Positions 33,819 through 45,546 of a stretch of 45,546 bases of DNA are shown here, piece by piece. Position 1 is the stretch's first letter. Every line of letters begins with the position of its first letter. The notes under the pieces are model-generated. The model was not told where the DNA came from. It worked only from the letters and a program-made list of their open reading frames with translations, and did not search any database. Both the position numbers and the translations under genes were made by a program. The DNA is from Spirogloea muscicola (lineage: Eukaryota): NCBI GenBank assembly GCA_009602725.1, contig WELB01000012.1, positions 170,252 through 215,797 of the forward strand, given 5' to 3'.

Positions 33819-36800
33819 ATGGCGCGCCTGCTCGAGCAGGCCCGCTTGGCCGGCGGCTGGCAGGGCCTGCTGAGGCCCGCCGCCGTCGCCGNCCGCCGCG
33901 GCGACGAGCTCGAGCTCGAATGCGACAGCCTCGCCTTCAAGGTCTGAGCTCCGCAGCCTGCGCCGCCGTCGCTGCCGCCGCCGCCGGCGGCGGCCGGGAC
34001 TGCCGCAGCCACTGGGACTCGCCGCCGGGTCTCGCGGACGGCCCGGCGTTCCACGCAAACGCGCCTGATGCGGAAGTGCCACTGCCGGCGTTGCGCAGGG
34101 CATGGGCGTGTGCCGCATGGTGAGCAGCGGCTTTGTGGTGCTCTGCGAGCGCGCGTTGCCGGGCGAGCGCCTCGTCGCGCGCGTCGTGCGCCGCAAGCGC
34201 GGCTTCGCCGAGGTGAGGACTTGCATGCGGCCGCCCTGCCCTCACAGTCTCGGGCCACTGCAGATTCTTCTTAGGCCTCCAGCAAAGGGAAGGCTGCCCC
34301 TGAGAGCTCCGAGCGACGGCGCGCAGGCGTACAAGCTGCGGACGCTGTCGCCCCACCGCGACGCCGTGGACGCGCCCTGCCCGCACTTTGGCGACTGCGG
34401 CGGCTGCCGCTACCAGAACGTGGCCTACGGCGCGCAGCTGGCCACCAAGGAGCGCCAGGTGCAGGAGCTCGTGGCACGCATTGGGAACTTCGGGGAGAGC
34501 CGCGCCGCGGGCTCCTCGGGCGACTACATGCGGCCCATCGTGCCCTGCGCCAAGCAGTACCACTACCGCAACAAGGTGTCCAGGCTCACCCCCTCCATCT
34601 CTCACTTGACTTTGCCACTGAGTGACAGGACAGCTGTCTGTTCACATCCACTGGCTTCTGGGCTGAGCACCTCCATCTGCCCTTGCCAAGCTACTCGCTG
34701 AGTTGGCCCGAGCTTTGCACTGCTCGTGCGCCCCTGCAAGTGGGAGGGCGGGTGTGAGCTGCTCAGGCCTGCTTGTTAGACGGTCGGTCGCTTCTTCCGC
34801 TCTGGCCTCGCGGTCGCTGCCGGGGGTTCTGCTTCTTTCATTGATGAAGCTGATCGCCTCAGCTGCGCTGTAGGCTCATGAAGTTCGTGGCGGTGATCGC
34901 TGCAGATGGAGTTCTCATTTGGCACGAGGGAGTGGAGGCCCAGGTCAGCCATGGACTGCAGTGGCGACCAGGGTGTTGCAATGGAGGCAGATGGCGACGA
35001 GGATTCGAGCCTTAGTAGCGACTTTGTGCAGCCTGCTGCTGAGGCGCCACCAGCCACGACTCAGCCATTACCTAGTGCAAATCCAAAGGGCTTTGCGCTG
35101 GGGCTGCACGCGCCGAGGCGTTTTGATAAGATCTTGCCGATCCAGACCTGCCTGCTGCAGCACGACAGTGCCAATCAGGTGCCCATATCTGCCTCCACGC
35201 TCAGCCAGCAACGTGAAGCAGGTGTTAGTCAGGTCCGTTGACCGTAGAGAAAGCCACGGCAAGGCACGTCAAAAGGGACGGCAATGCGTCTTATTGCTAT
35301 ATCATTTAGTGGGGTAATGCTTGGGACAATCTTTATCTCAAAGTAAGTCATATGAAGCCGTGGCACCTGCTTCGTTCCTGGGCTTGGTGCAGCCAGAGAA
35401 GAGAGGGCTCTGACCATTGTTGCGACTGTCAGGTGTTGAGATTGGTGGACGAGTACTGCCGTGCCAGGCAGGAGGAGCTGCCGGCCTATGACAGCGTCAC
35501 CAAGGAGGGCTTTTGGCGCCACCTTGTACTTCGCCGGGGCAGGTGGAAGCGCGCCCCTTTTTCACCGTTGGGCACAATATTGGTGTTCCGAAGTTGTGAT
35601 GTCAGATCTGTGCGGTGGCCTCGTCTCTGGTCCTCAGTCCTTGAGGAGACTGGAACCTGGACTCACTTCTAGACATGGTAGCCTCTGTTGGGCCAGCTTC
35701 ATCCTTTAATCCGTTGCTGACGAGATGACCTCTGCTGTCCTCTGATCAACCACTTGACACGAAGCCTCTGGGCGCCATTGTTCCCTCCTGCCAGCACAGT
35801 GACCCCCTGACGGGCGAGCCGCAGCTGATGGTGCACATTGTCACGTCGGACCTTCGGCCTGATGTCGTGCAGCCCTTGGCTGACCTGATCGCAGCGCGCC
35901 ACCCTGAAGTGGTGCAGACTGCCTCCCTATCGTCCTGATGGCTTTTCTGGCTGGCAAGATATACTGCCTTTCATTGTTGAGTGCGCCATTGACCTCTTAA
36001 GGCACTAGCTTAGTATCAGGCAGAGACTGCTCATGCATGCAAGCAACCTCCTGTCCTTGTTGAAGTTATCAAATGCTAGCAGATGTATCACATGCCCACG
36101 CCTGTCATGGGCCCAAATCAGACGTCCAGTGCAATGTCTAATGACTAGGCAATGCAGGTCACTGTCGTCACTGGTGCAACATCAACCTTGTCGGATGTAT
36201 CCAGAGCTGAGAAGCAGATGGTCCTCTTTGGGCCAGGCACCATCAGCGAGAAGCTCCGTGGCCTCAATTTTCAGATCTCAGCCTCATCATTCTTTCAGAC
36301 TAACACTGAGCAGGTCTGCGCGCTTCCGGGGGCTCTTGACCAGCAATACCTTGTCTCAGCAGAATGCTAAAGCTTGAGCAATCGTCAGCCATTATGGCAC
36401 TGCGACGTTATGACACTGCGTTATACTTCGCAGAGCAGATTGTCCTAAGTCGAACGAAGTCAGTCTTGACTTAGACCTAAAGCCTAAACCCTATACCCTA
36501 ACCCTAAACCCTAACCAAGCTTCTTGATTGCTTCCGAGATACGTGACGCAGGCAGAAGTCCTGTACCGTATGGTGGAGGATGCGTGCAACCTCAAGGGAG
36601 ATGGCAGTGAGGTGGTCCTTGACCTGTTCTGTGGCACGGGCACAATTGGCCTCTCTCTTGCGAGCAAGTATGGAGCTCAAGTCAGGCAGCGCAATGCTGT
36701 CAGATGGCATGATAGATCTGCCCTTTCTTTCAACCTCACATGTTGCAATCTTACCAGTCAGCTCTATCTCAGCTGACTCAATGAGCAAGGTCTCCTATTG

Positions 36801-37601
36801 TGCATTTTGCACCTGCTGAATAGATTCCTTGGTCTCTATCAGGGTTCGCCATGTCTACGGCTATGAGCTCGTGGCTGAGGCGGTGGCTGATGCCTGGCAG
36901 AATGCGGAGAGCAACAGCATTTTGAATGCAACATTTGTCCAGGGGGATCTGGGCAAGCTTTCAGACAACTTTGGAGCATCCTTTCCAAGGCCAGATGTCA
37001 TCATAGTTGGTACGCAGCCTTAAGACATGGTTGTGCTGCCGGTGTTGCATGCAGTGGTCAACAGTTGTGGTATGTCACGATACGGGGTAAATCCTGCATA
37101 CTTGCTTCTTCCCAGCCTGACATTCCATTCAACATTCTGGTTGTGGCAGATCCCAATCGACCTGGAATGACAAGGAAATTGCTTAATTTCCTGGCACACT
37201 CTGGGTCTCCAAGAATTGTATACGTGTCGTGCAACCCTGCAACATGCTCACGAGATTTGGCCATTCTTTGTCACGGATCGGTCAGCAGTCCAGTGCTATG
37301 CTCACTTGCTATATATAGAGCTGAGAGTGTGCTAAATTTATGGTTATTTGTTTGTGGTTCTCTCTTTTGTGGCTCTTCCTTTCCTTCACCTCGGCACATT
37401 CGGAAAGTGATGGGACTGTGAGTTTTGCAGAGGTGGTGTCTGAATTCCAAAGTGTGCATATGGCAGGAGGAAGGCCCAAGGCATGAGGGGCCTTATCAAC
37501 TCCTGAACGTTCAGCCAGTGGACATGTTTCCACACACGCCGCATGTGGAGTGCGTGTGCTCGTTGCAGTTGAGGGAGCTGTCTGGTGTTGGCACACTTTG
37601 A
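33819..37601 (+). CDS. TRAM-domain RNA (uracil-5-)-methyltransferase, TrmA/RumA(RlmD) family
   Basis: Exons 33819-33941, 34099-34212, 34327-34575, 34906-35178, 35433-35542, 35800-35911, 36158-36313, 36552-36667, 36843-37009, 37150-37280, 37467-37601. Motifs: ALPGE (TRAM), CPHFGDCGGC (Fe-S), YRNKMEFSF, SFFQTN, VLDLFCGTGTIGL, DPNRPG, IVYVSCNPAT..RDL, VDMFPHTPHVE. An n at 33892 makes the N-terminus uncertain. Confidence 0.94.
36476..36516 (+). repeat. degenerate telomere repeat (CCCTAAA/CCCTAA) inside an intron
   Basis: CCTAAA GCCTAAA CCCTATA CCCTAA CCCTAAA CCCTAA CC. Confidence 0.85.
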
Positions 37602-37699
37602 TGAGCGTGAAGGAGGATATCCAGCATTAGGCTGGTCATACATTGTAACCCGCAGCTTCCTTGGAGCTGACTCAGAGCCTGTGCCCTCTGCCTCGCATC

Positions 37700-38052
37700 A
37701 AGGCCGGAAGGGTGGTGGGGCCATAATTTTCTGATATTTTCATTTCCAAGTATGGAAGTCTGGATGAGAAGAAAGAGATTCTGCATCGAATACAATTTCG
37801 ATCCCAAGCAGATTCCTGTCCAGGTTGCAAAGTTTTCACCAGAAAACCTAGTGATGAGTGCAGCTGGAGACGAGATATAAGACGCCCCTTGTGGGCCCAT
37901 TATCTGTCTACGCACATCAGCTTGTGCTAAATCCAGAGTTTGATTGATAGGTGCTTCTGGTACGTTCTCCCCCTGTCTCTGCACATTAGCTTGTGATGAC
38001 GTAGTTGTAGGTCCATCGGAATCAGGAGAACGCTTGCTAGAACATTTTCCTA
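37700..38052 (-). mobile_element. AT-rich LTR retrotransposon (Copia-like) fragment, continuation of 40211-41011
   Basis: Abrupt drop in GC content; ITRFSGENFATW-like peptide; abuts the TIR element, as does the AT-rich Copia DNA on the other side. Confidence 0.4.
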
Positions 38053-38645
38053 GGCCCAAGTCACACCGGGACGGACGGACGGACGGAGGGGTACGTGTCG
38101 CGCGGTGTTATGGGACGTCCGGCTTCACAACCTTGCGCGCCCGGACGCGGACGCGCGCCACGGAGGCGCCACATCGGGCGCTGACTAGGACGGCTCTTGG
38201 GGGCGTTAAGGAGGAAACGCGCGCGTTTGCCACGAGGGCGGACGGAATCGGGCGCAGTTCCTGTTGAGCTGGGCTATCCGTTAGTACCCAATTAGGGCTA
38301 ACCGAAAGCCCAGGTCCCCGGAGCATTACCGTCGTTACTCAGTTGGGGCTCGAGCGATGGAGAAGCGGCGCTCTTGGAGGGAGGAGTGCCGCGCTCGTTC
38401 CTCGCCTTCTTGCCCTTGGCGGTGACAGCGGCAGGGTCCGGCAGGAAGCAGGCCGGCAGCTGACTCAAGGCAGGTGGCGTGGGCGCTGGCAAGCAAGGAG
38501 GAGCAGTGGGCGAAAGGTTCGGTGGCTCCTGTTAGAGTGAGGGAGCTTGTGATCACTCGACCCCCTTTTGCCTACATTGAAAGAGTGCAAACCACATGGG
38601 CACAGTGGATCCCGGCCGGTCAGCCCGCCGGGGGCCCAAGGTGGG

Positions 38646-38733
38646 CCGGCTGCAGAGCCGGCCCGAGGTGTCCGTTGAGCTAGTCGGGCAGGGGCCAGCT
38701 GCAGAGCCGGCCCAAGGTGTCCGTTAAGCTAGT
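38646..38733 (+). repeat. ~37-bp direct repeat within the TIR element
   Basis: GCTGCAGAGCCGGCCC.AGGTGTCCGTT.AGCTAGT occurs twice. Confidence 0.85.
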
Positions 38734-39499
38734 GAAGTCCACAAGTGTGAGGCACATACTCACACGTGTGCTCTGCCTACGTGTCACCCTGACGGTCCGG
38801 GCAAGCTGCCCTCGAAGCGACAGGCGCTTCCCTAAGTGGGACACTTAAATTAATATGAAGAATAACGAAAGGAGCTAATGCCTATATTCTAACAGTTCCG
38901 TCCACCCCCCCCCCTCCCCCGTCCACGCTGTTGGACCCGGAAAATGCTGCCCGGCCTGCCTGAAGAGGGTCAGTACTTCCCCTGGCCCCTTCTCGTCCTT
39001 TGTTCATTCTTTCTTGCTGGCCTTTTCCAGCCCCTATCCTCAATGGGCGAGCCCTCTCTCTCAGTCGGCACCCACCCCTCCCCGGCCCCCATCCTCACCA
39101 GCAGGCCCGGGGGAGCGTGACCAGCCTCCCCTTCGCCCCCGCCTCCCTCCTCCCCTCCCCCCCTCTCGTGATCAGAAGGTCGCGCGCCCTCCCGCCCCCG
39201 TCCCGGCAGCTCTGGCCTGCAGCGCTGTCATAGCGCCAGCCTGATCGCCAAGGCCGCACAGTCTCCGGATAGCCGCGGTCGGCGGGGCAGCTGCAGCCGG
39301 TGGCTGCCATGGCAGCTGCTGACATGCCGGGCGCAGCCTGCGACGAGGGCAACAGCGGCCTCGCCGCCGATGCCAGCGCTACCAGCGCCAACAGCGCCAG
39401 CCGGCGGGGGCACTCCGGCGCGCGGGGGCGCGAGGCCGATGCGCATCATCAGCCCCAACGTGGACCTCCGGCAGCAACAAGTGCAAGAAAGTGGTGGAG

Positions 39500-39804
39500 G
39501 CAGCAGCCCCGGGGCTGACGGCAGGGGCGCATGGAGGCATGAATGGACAGTCGCGCTTCTACACGCTAGAGGAGCCGTTGATCTGGCCAAGAAGAGCGGC
39601 AAGGTCAGGCAAGGTGAGCACCGGTCTGCGCTATTGCTCATCGTTGCTGACGGTCTTCCGCGACAACAGCTGTCACTGAACCACACACCGCCTCTTGTCT
39701 CTTTTTGGCCAAGGGCTGGCTGATTGGAAGAAAATCCACACCACCATTTCGACAATTATCCGAGCTCAACAAGGATGAGGAAGCTTGCAGGGCGAATTAC
39801 AAAC
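39500..39804 (+). pseudogene. Myb/SANT (trihelix-like) DNA-binding domain relic of the Harbinger-like element
   Basis: GAWRHEWTVALLHAR..KVRQ G|(intron 39614-39713)LADWKKIHTTISTI, then a frameshift to ELNKDEEACRANYK and a GTAAGT donor at 39805. Confidence 0.6.
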
Positions 39805-40210
39805 GTAAGTCCTGCTCGGTGAAGTCGACCTGCAGCTGCTGGAGCCTGCCGGTGCAGCATCATTGTGGCCACGACAGCCATGAGCCGGAGCTGCCTTGCT
39901 CGGAGCAGCTGCCAGATGGCCAGGACTGCGATGATGATGCAGCATTTCCGCCTCCGCTCGGGCTCCATGCCTGCAGGCCTGGTCGGCAGCGGGAGGGGGA
40001 GCTTACGCCTGCGGGTGTCGCTCGACCAAGCTGCAGGCGGCGGCGCTGCTGCTGGAATTTGAAGCTGCTGCCCGGGCGTGCCGGGCAGCTAGTCCAGCGT
40101 GGCCGGCGGTTCCGCACGTGCAGGCGGGCCTCGGCCTTCGTGGCGCGTCCACGCCCCCCACGGGGCGGACGCCAAGCGTCCCGTCCGTCCGTCCCGGTGT
40201 GAATCGGCCC

Positions 40211-41011
40211 TAAATGATGTCTGGCTGTTTTCCACATATTCTCTGCAATTCATCATCATGGTGATTGACTCCAAGGCAAACAACATCTTCAGTGTCGGAA
40301 AGGTGAGATGATTCCTGTCCTATTGTGATCTGTGCAGTGGATGCGTTTGCAACTATGTTGTCATGATCTTCTTGATCAATAATAGAATCATATGTAAATG
40401 GTGTAAAGTCAGAATCTCCTAGACTTATACTAGATTTAAACGTCTAGATTCTCATTGGAAAATGGCGTCTCTAGATAGGATAAGAACCTCTGTAGCAGGA
40501 TCAAAGAAGCGATACGCTTTGCTATGTTGGTCATGAATAACAAAAAGATATCTAGCACTTTTCGCATCATAGTTTCCCCTAAGATCTTTCTGGGTATGGT
40601 TTTACCTTCGTTTACGCTACCGCAGGTGTAATCTGAGGTAATGTCCTCGTCATAGAGGAATCGTTTAGGTATACTGCAGTTGTAACAGCTTCAGCCAGAA
40701 TTGTTTGATCAGTCTTGCTGAGTGAAGCTGTCGCAACTGCTGTAAACCAAAAAACTCTCTCTATGATCAGGACTATACCCAAAATTACACCTGCAGAAGT
40801 GCGGACGAAGGTAAAACCGAATGTGTCACATCTTATGACCGTTGGCTACGATCTTTTATTCATATACAGAAAGGTCTTAGGGGAAAATTCGAAGCGAAAA
40901 GTGCTAGATATTGTTGTAGGTCATAACCAACATAGCAAAGCATATCGCTCTTTGATCCTGCTACAGAGTGTATCATCCTATCTAGAGACGCAATCTTCGA
41001 TGAAAATCTAG
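40211..41011. mobile_element. Ty1/Copia integrase C-terminal relic arranged as an inverted duplication (40444-41011)
   Basis: Plus arm EAVATAV..TPAEV.TKVKPNVSHL..G..VGHNQHSKAYR; minus arm FWAEAVTTAVYL-like..TPA..KVKP. Both match the Copia FWAEAV.TA.YL..TP.E.W...KP..SHL..GY...SKAYR..SRDV.FDE region. Confidence 0.8.
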
Positions 41012-42388
41012 ACAGTTGTCCGAATCAGTTGGTGCATGTGGCCCGGACAGCACAGCAGTTATGACGCAATGACTTGACAACTGCGAGTGTGCAGTGACTA
41101 CCGGGTCGCAGAGGACACGGCATGGCTGGACGTTGATGGCAAAGGCCAGTTGTAGCAAGGTGACTAGCACCTGACACCGCGTGTAGATGAAGACAGAATA
41201 AGACTTAGTGGCAGTTAGGCTAAGTTATGACAGAAATCTTGCTGTGGTCAGTTTGGTACTTAAGCTTCTGCATGGGTCCTGGAGTGTGTGCCGGGCCACT
41301 TCCAAACAGCCAAGCTGTATTGGTGCCTTCTATCAGCCTGCCGCTCTGCCACTTTTGTGTGCAAGTGCTGTTGCCTGACACTGGAGCTGGCATGGTAGCA
41401 ACCACTGTGCCGTTTAAGAAGCATCTGTGACCTACTCTGCTTACATCAGTGTGTCCAGATGATGGTCCTCGCCAAATACACTGTCAACGCATGCAGATTG
41501 GCCTCTCCCAACGAGTCAGGTTTACTGTCTAGCCACCCTTTCGTGCTCTACGGTCATCATCAAGAAGCGAGTCTAGCTGGTCCAGACGGGTTGCTAGCCT
41601 CCCACTATGCTCCGTGGTTGCTGCCACGCTTCCACCGACCAGGCTATCTGTTTCCCAGTCCTCCAGGAGCACGCACATGGATAAGCAAGAGGGGCGCGTT
41701 TCTTGCATGAAAAGCAGAACAGCCTTGCACAACATTTTCCCACGTCGCGGATACCTGGTCTTGGCCGACCAATGACATTGCAACAGGATCACAGTGCCTG
41801 CGGGAGCTGGCTGCAGGTCGGATAGGATTGCCAGTTGATTGCAGGCAAATGTTTTGGAAACAAGCTGTTGAGATAAAGCATTATAGTGTAACGGAGTCAT
41901 GTATGCACATGGGCTTGGCTGACAGCAGGATGATCAATTTGTATATCAAAATGGGACCGGCAGACCCACACTCTACATTGGACCTAATGCAGGACCTTTT
42001 CAAACGAAGCAACAGAAGCATCATACGGAAAGCGCCAATTTGGCCTGCCTTCCCGTTGATGCAAACTGCCTGATTAATACCTCTTGACTTTAATCTAAAC
42101 TGTTCTGTACAGGCGTGCTACAGCAGGGTCACTAATTCCCAGCGCATACACATGGTGAGCAAGCCCCTTGACAGGCTGCACTTCCCTTGCACTTCCCGTT
42201 TACGCACTTTCTTGATCCCATGGTCACCATGGGGCCGGCAAGGCCCGCCAGCAGTCCAAGGCCGTGCACCTCCGAATCACAAGGCGCACAGCGTTGGAAG
42301 CAGCGCGACATAGCCTGCATACTGGGGGTTTGGTTTCAACTAGGTCAGCCTCTGAGGCTCCTGCAACCCTGCTACCTCATTAGAAATC

Positions 42389-45300
42389 TTAGCCCATCAG
42401 GGCCTTGCGAACCTCGTCAGCAACAAAAGTGCGAGCCTTGCTGCTGAGAATGGCCTGCCCAGCTTTGTCCTGAACCAGCAGGCGATATACCTCCCACACC
42501 CGATCTTTGACAGTGTGCCTGGTGATGTCAGCCTGCACCAGCGTTAACGATGCAACAATCATAAGCAGACATTCCTCCTTGAATTAAAGCACAGCGAAGC
42601 AAGCACGTAGAGCATGTTCAAAAGATGTTGAAGCAGACACTATGCTTCAATGGTGTAATTCTCTCCACATAACAGAAGTAGAGCTCGCTAACAGGGGTCA
42701 CAGAGACGCACAAGAGCATCCAAAAATGTCCTGACTCTCAACGTGGGCATGCATGGAAAGGGTACATAAGAACAACCCCATGCATGGTCTTTAGTATGCT
42801 ACCTTGAAAACCTGAAACTCCAGCATACGTAGCACATAGGAAACGTCAAACAGGACGCGAGGCCGGCCCCGCCCGCATTTTTCCACGGGTGTTGCAACGA
42901 TGAGCTCTGAATCGGGGCCCTTGGTGACCACTGCAATCCGAATGGGTTTCTCAAGGGCCCGCTTCACGGCCCTGCACACTTCCTTCTGCCGATTAGGGTC
43001 CATCACCTTCCTACCATCCATCTGCTGCACAAACATGTCCATGTCGCACATGCTGTGCTCGTTGGACATGGTCCTTCCAAAAGCCACCTGGTGTGCAACA
43101 GCAACCACCATGACAACACCAAGTGACAGTCTCAGCATGATAGGCTTTGCCAATATCAATTGTAGCAACCCTTTGCGACCAACTTCAGCAAAAGACTTGA
43201 ACACATCTCTAAGTACCGACAACGTAGTCAACATCAGTATTCAAGTGCAACGAACTGTGTGGTGCTTAAAGTCATCAGGCGTGCAGCTTGATTGAAGTGA
43301 ACGAAGGAGCAAGACCTGCAAATGAACGTCCTTGAGGGCACGTAAGCAGTCATAAAGCAGGCCTTTGCGCTCCCTGGCCACTATCTGAATGACGCTGTGC
43401 GCGGGGCTCAGCCCGTTGTCCAAAGTGACTGGAACGGGCGTCACCACTTTCTCCCCCGGCTCCAGCTTGCCATAGTCAGATCCCTGCTCATTCTCCAAGA
43501 AGAGGCTGTGCTCCACAGAAGGAGGCATGACGAGCGCAAGAGCACAGTCTTGGGCCAGGGCCCCTGCAGCACTCAGCTCGCAGCGGGTGCTGGGGTCCTC
43601 CAGCCCCAGCGCCTCCTGCACTCTGCTGCACACCTCCTCGGCGCGGTGCTTCGCAGGTAGCTCACCCCTGATGCATAGTCCATGCGGAAGCTTGTCAACT
43701 ATAACGACAGGTCACAGCTGGGGCCTGCAGCCTGCAGGAATTTTGCTCAACTGACCTCAATCTGAACCATAGAGAGGTCAAAGCATTATACCTATTATCA
43801 ATGACAAAGAACAGGTCCACTGCTTTGTCGTCAGGGCTAGTGGTAACATTCACCCGCTTGATGGTGAGCTCGATCTCCCAAAGCACCTGGCACACGTCTG
43901 AGCAGGAAAAGAAAAGGAATTGTGAGTGCCAAGCAAAAGGCGTTGACAATATATGCTGCAGCGCACCACATGGCATAGCATGCCATTCCACGCTAACCTT
44001 GGCAGCTCAGGTGCGGCAGCCTCAAAATCTTAGCAAATGCCTCCATTGTGCAAACGCCTCTATACAGCCCACGCCTGGGTCAATTTTTTGGGCAAAGGTC
44101 CAGCTCACCATTCAGCAGCCCAGAGCGATTTGAGGAGCACACTTGGAGGAGGAACAACTCTCGCGTCCGCAGCTCAGGCTTGGGCAGGTAGATGAGGACA
44201 GGATCATTGGATGGGCAGGCAGCCGTAATACGCTGCTTCAGAAGTGACCATTTGACGCTATTTGCGCTGCCACTTTGGGGCAGGACCCAGAACACAAGAA
44301 AGCACCATCGCCCATCGGTGGACAGGTCTGCCAAGGACAGCAAGACAAGCCAAGGACAGAAGATTCAGACGCGCCAAGCTGAGAATCATTGCTGATGGGG
44401 CATGGACGACATGACGCCCATGCATAGCAGATAGCGTAGCAAATGGCATCTTTGTCAAGTGCATGGGCGTGAGATGTCTATCTACATCTGTTCACATCAA
44501 ACTACTGAAGATAAGCCCTCAAATAAGACTGGCAGTAGATAAGGTGGCAGGCCTCCTTTGCCTTGTTACAAAGGTAGTCATGCTTGAACAATTATAGCTG
44601 AAGTGGTCAACACTGCACTTTCTCTGGCCAGCATAGTAGCAAAGGGCAGCAGCCCACAGCAATGAAGCCTCGAGTGAAGCAATGAGCGCAACTAGCTGCC
44701 ACCCGAGCCCACAAAGCTGTGGAATCTCTGGGGCAGTGCAGAGCTGCAGGAAAGAACCACGGATAGGGGCCTCGCGTTTGTCGGATAACTCACCGCCACG
44801 GACGACGCTGAGGTCGAACTCATATACGATGCGTGCCAGATCGCAGCCGAGGCCCACCCTGTCGGGGCAGTTGATGGTTATCTCGGTGGCGCTGCCGGGC
44901 TGGGAGCCTAGCCTTATGACGACGGCATCATCACTAGGGACCACCACTGCAGCACCGCGGGCAGGACACTGCCGTCAGTGCACTCCCGGACGAGTCCTCG
45001 CTTGCAGGCGAAGACTGAGAACAACAAGTAGGACAGGACAGGACGGGACAGGACGCGTGAGTAGACAGCTGTGCCTGCGCCGGTGCCAGCCCCCAGGTCG
45101 GCCTTCTCTGCCTCAAGGCGTCGCCGTCTCGACCGTCTCTACTCAAAGGCAACAGCTGCCACGCCACCGCGGCCACCACGCTGCTCTGGCCGGGCAGCTC
45201 GACGACAAGCGGCCCGAGCCAAGGACCCAGGCTTTGCAAACTTGTCCGAGCGGCCCGCTCAAAGCATCCGCTGGCTCCGGCAGGGGGGGCCCGAGGCATG

Positions 45301-45486
45301 CAGGCGAGGAGAGACGGCAGACGCGGCGCAGGCTGAACGGACGTGGAGCACCACGGGCGAAAGAGCCCACAGCGAGCTTGCGCGCGGCTGCAGCGCGAGC
45401 CTGGGCCGGAGCCAGCGCCCGCCTGGCCTGCCTCGGGCTCTCCCTCGGCGGCCGCGCCCGAGACAACGCCGGGAGGGGCACTCACT
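42389..45486 (-). CDS. ACT domain repeat protein, ACR9/ACR10-like
   Basis: Exons 45486 (A of ATG), 44946-44794, 44327-44109, 43897-43792, 43667-43316, 43087-42803, 42532-42389. SDDAVVI..ITINCPDRVGLGCDL..GDLSTDGRWC..VFWV, ELTIKRVNVTTSPD, DNGLSPAHSVIQI..KGLLYD, GPDSELIVATPVE..GRGRPRV.FDV, WEVYR..LMG*. Confidence 0.93.
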
Positions 45487-45546
45487 GGCGCGCGCGGGAG
45501 GCCAGGCGAGGGCGGGCCTGGGGCGCGCCGGTCAGTCAGCGCCGGC

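Larger units (their letters stand above)
38053..40210 (+). mobile_element. non-autonomous PIF/Harbinger-like DNA transposon (2158 bp)
   Basis: Left TIR GGCCCAAGTCACACCGGGACGGACGGACG versus reverse complement of the right end GGGCCGATTCACACCGGGACGGACGGACG; flanked by (C)TA and TA(A); internal Myb/SANT gene relic; no DDE transposase seen. Confidence 0.75.

Overview
GC-rich, intron-containing eukaryotic nuclear DNA. The plant-type gene set (IDM1-like, PLATZ, GAMYB-like MYB, HD-Zip I, ACR9/10-like) and CCCTAAA telomere tracts suggest a streptophyte, probably a charophyte alga such as a zygnematophyte; this is inference. Hand splicing supports 8-9 genes: an IDM1-like acetyltransferase that appears to splice in frame, through a 12-nt microexon, into a PLATZ domain (about 1504 aa, the best novelty candidate); a short bacterial-type inorganic pyrophosphatase; a GAMYB-like MYB; an HD-Zip I; mitochondrial ATP synthase epsilon; COQ10; a TRAM/TrmA-family RNA m5U methyltransferase; and an ACR protein whose ATG is split by an intron. 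Intergenic DNA holds decayed CRE/RLE-type non-LTR retrotransposons, two abundant short dispersed repeat families, a foldback hairpin, a 2.16-kb PIF/Harbinger-like element with a frameshifted Myb/SANT gene, and a palindromic Copia integrase relic. All exon boundaries and homologies were read by eye; no searches were run.
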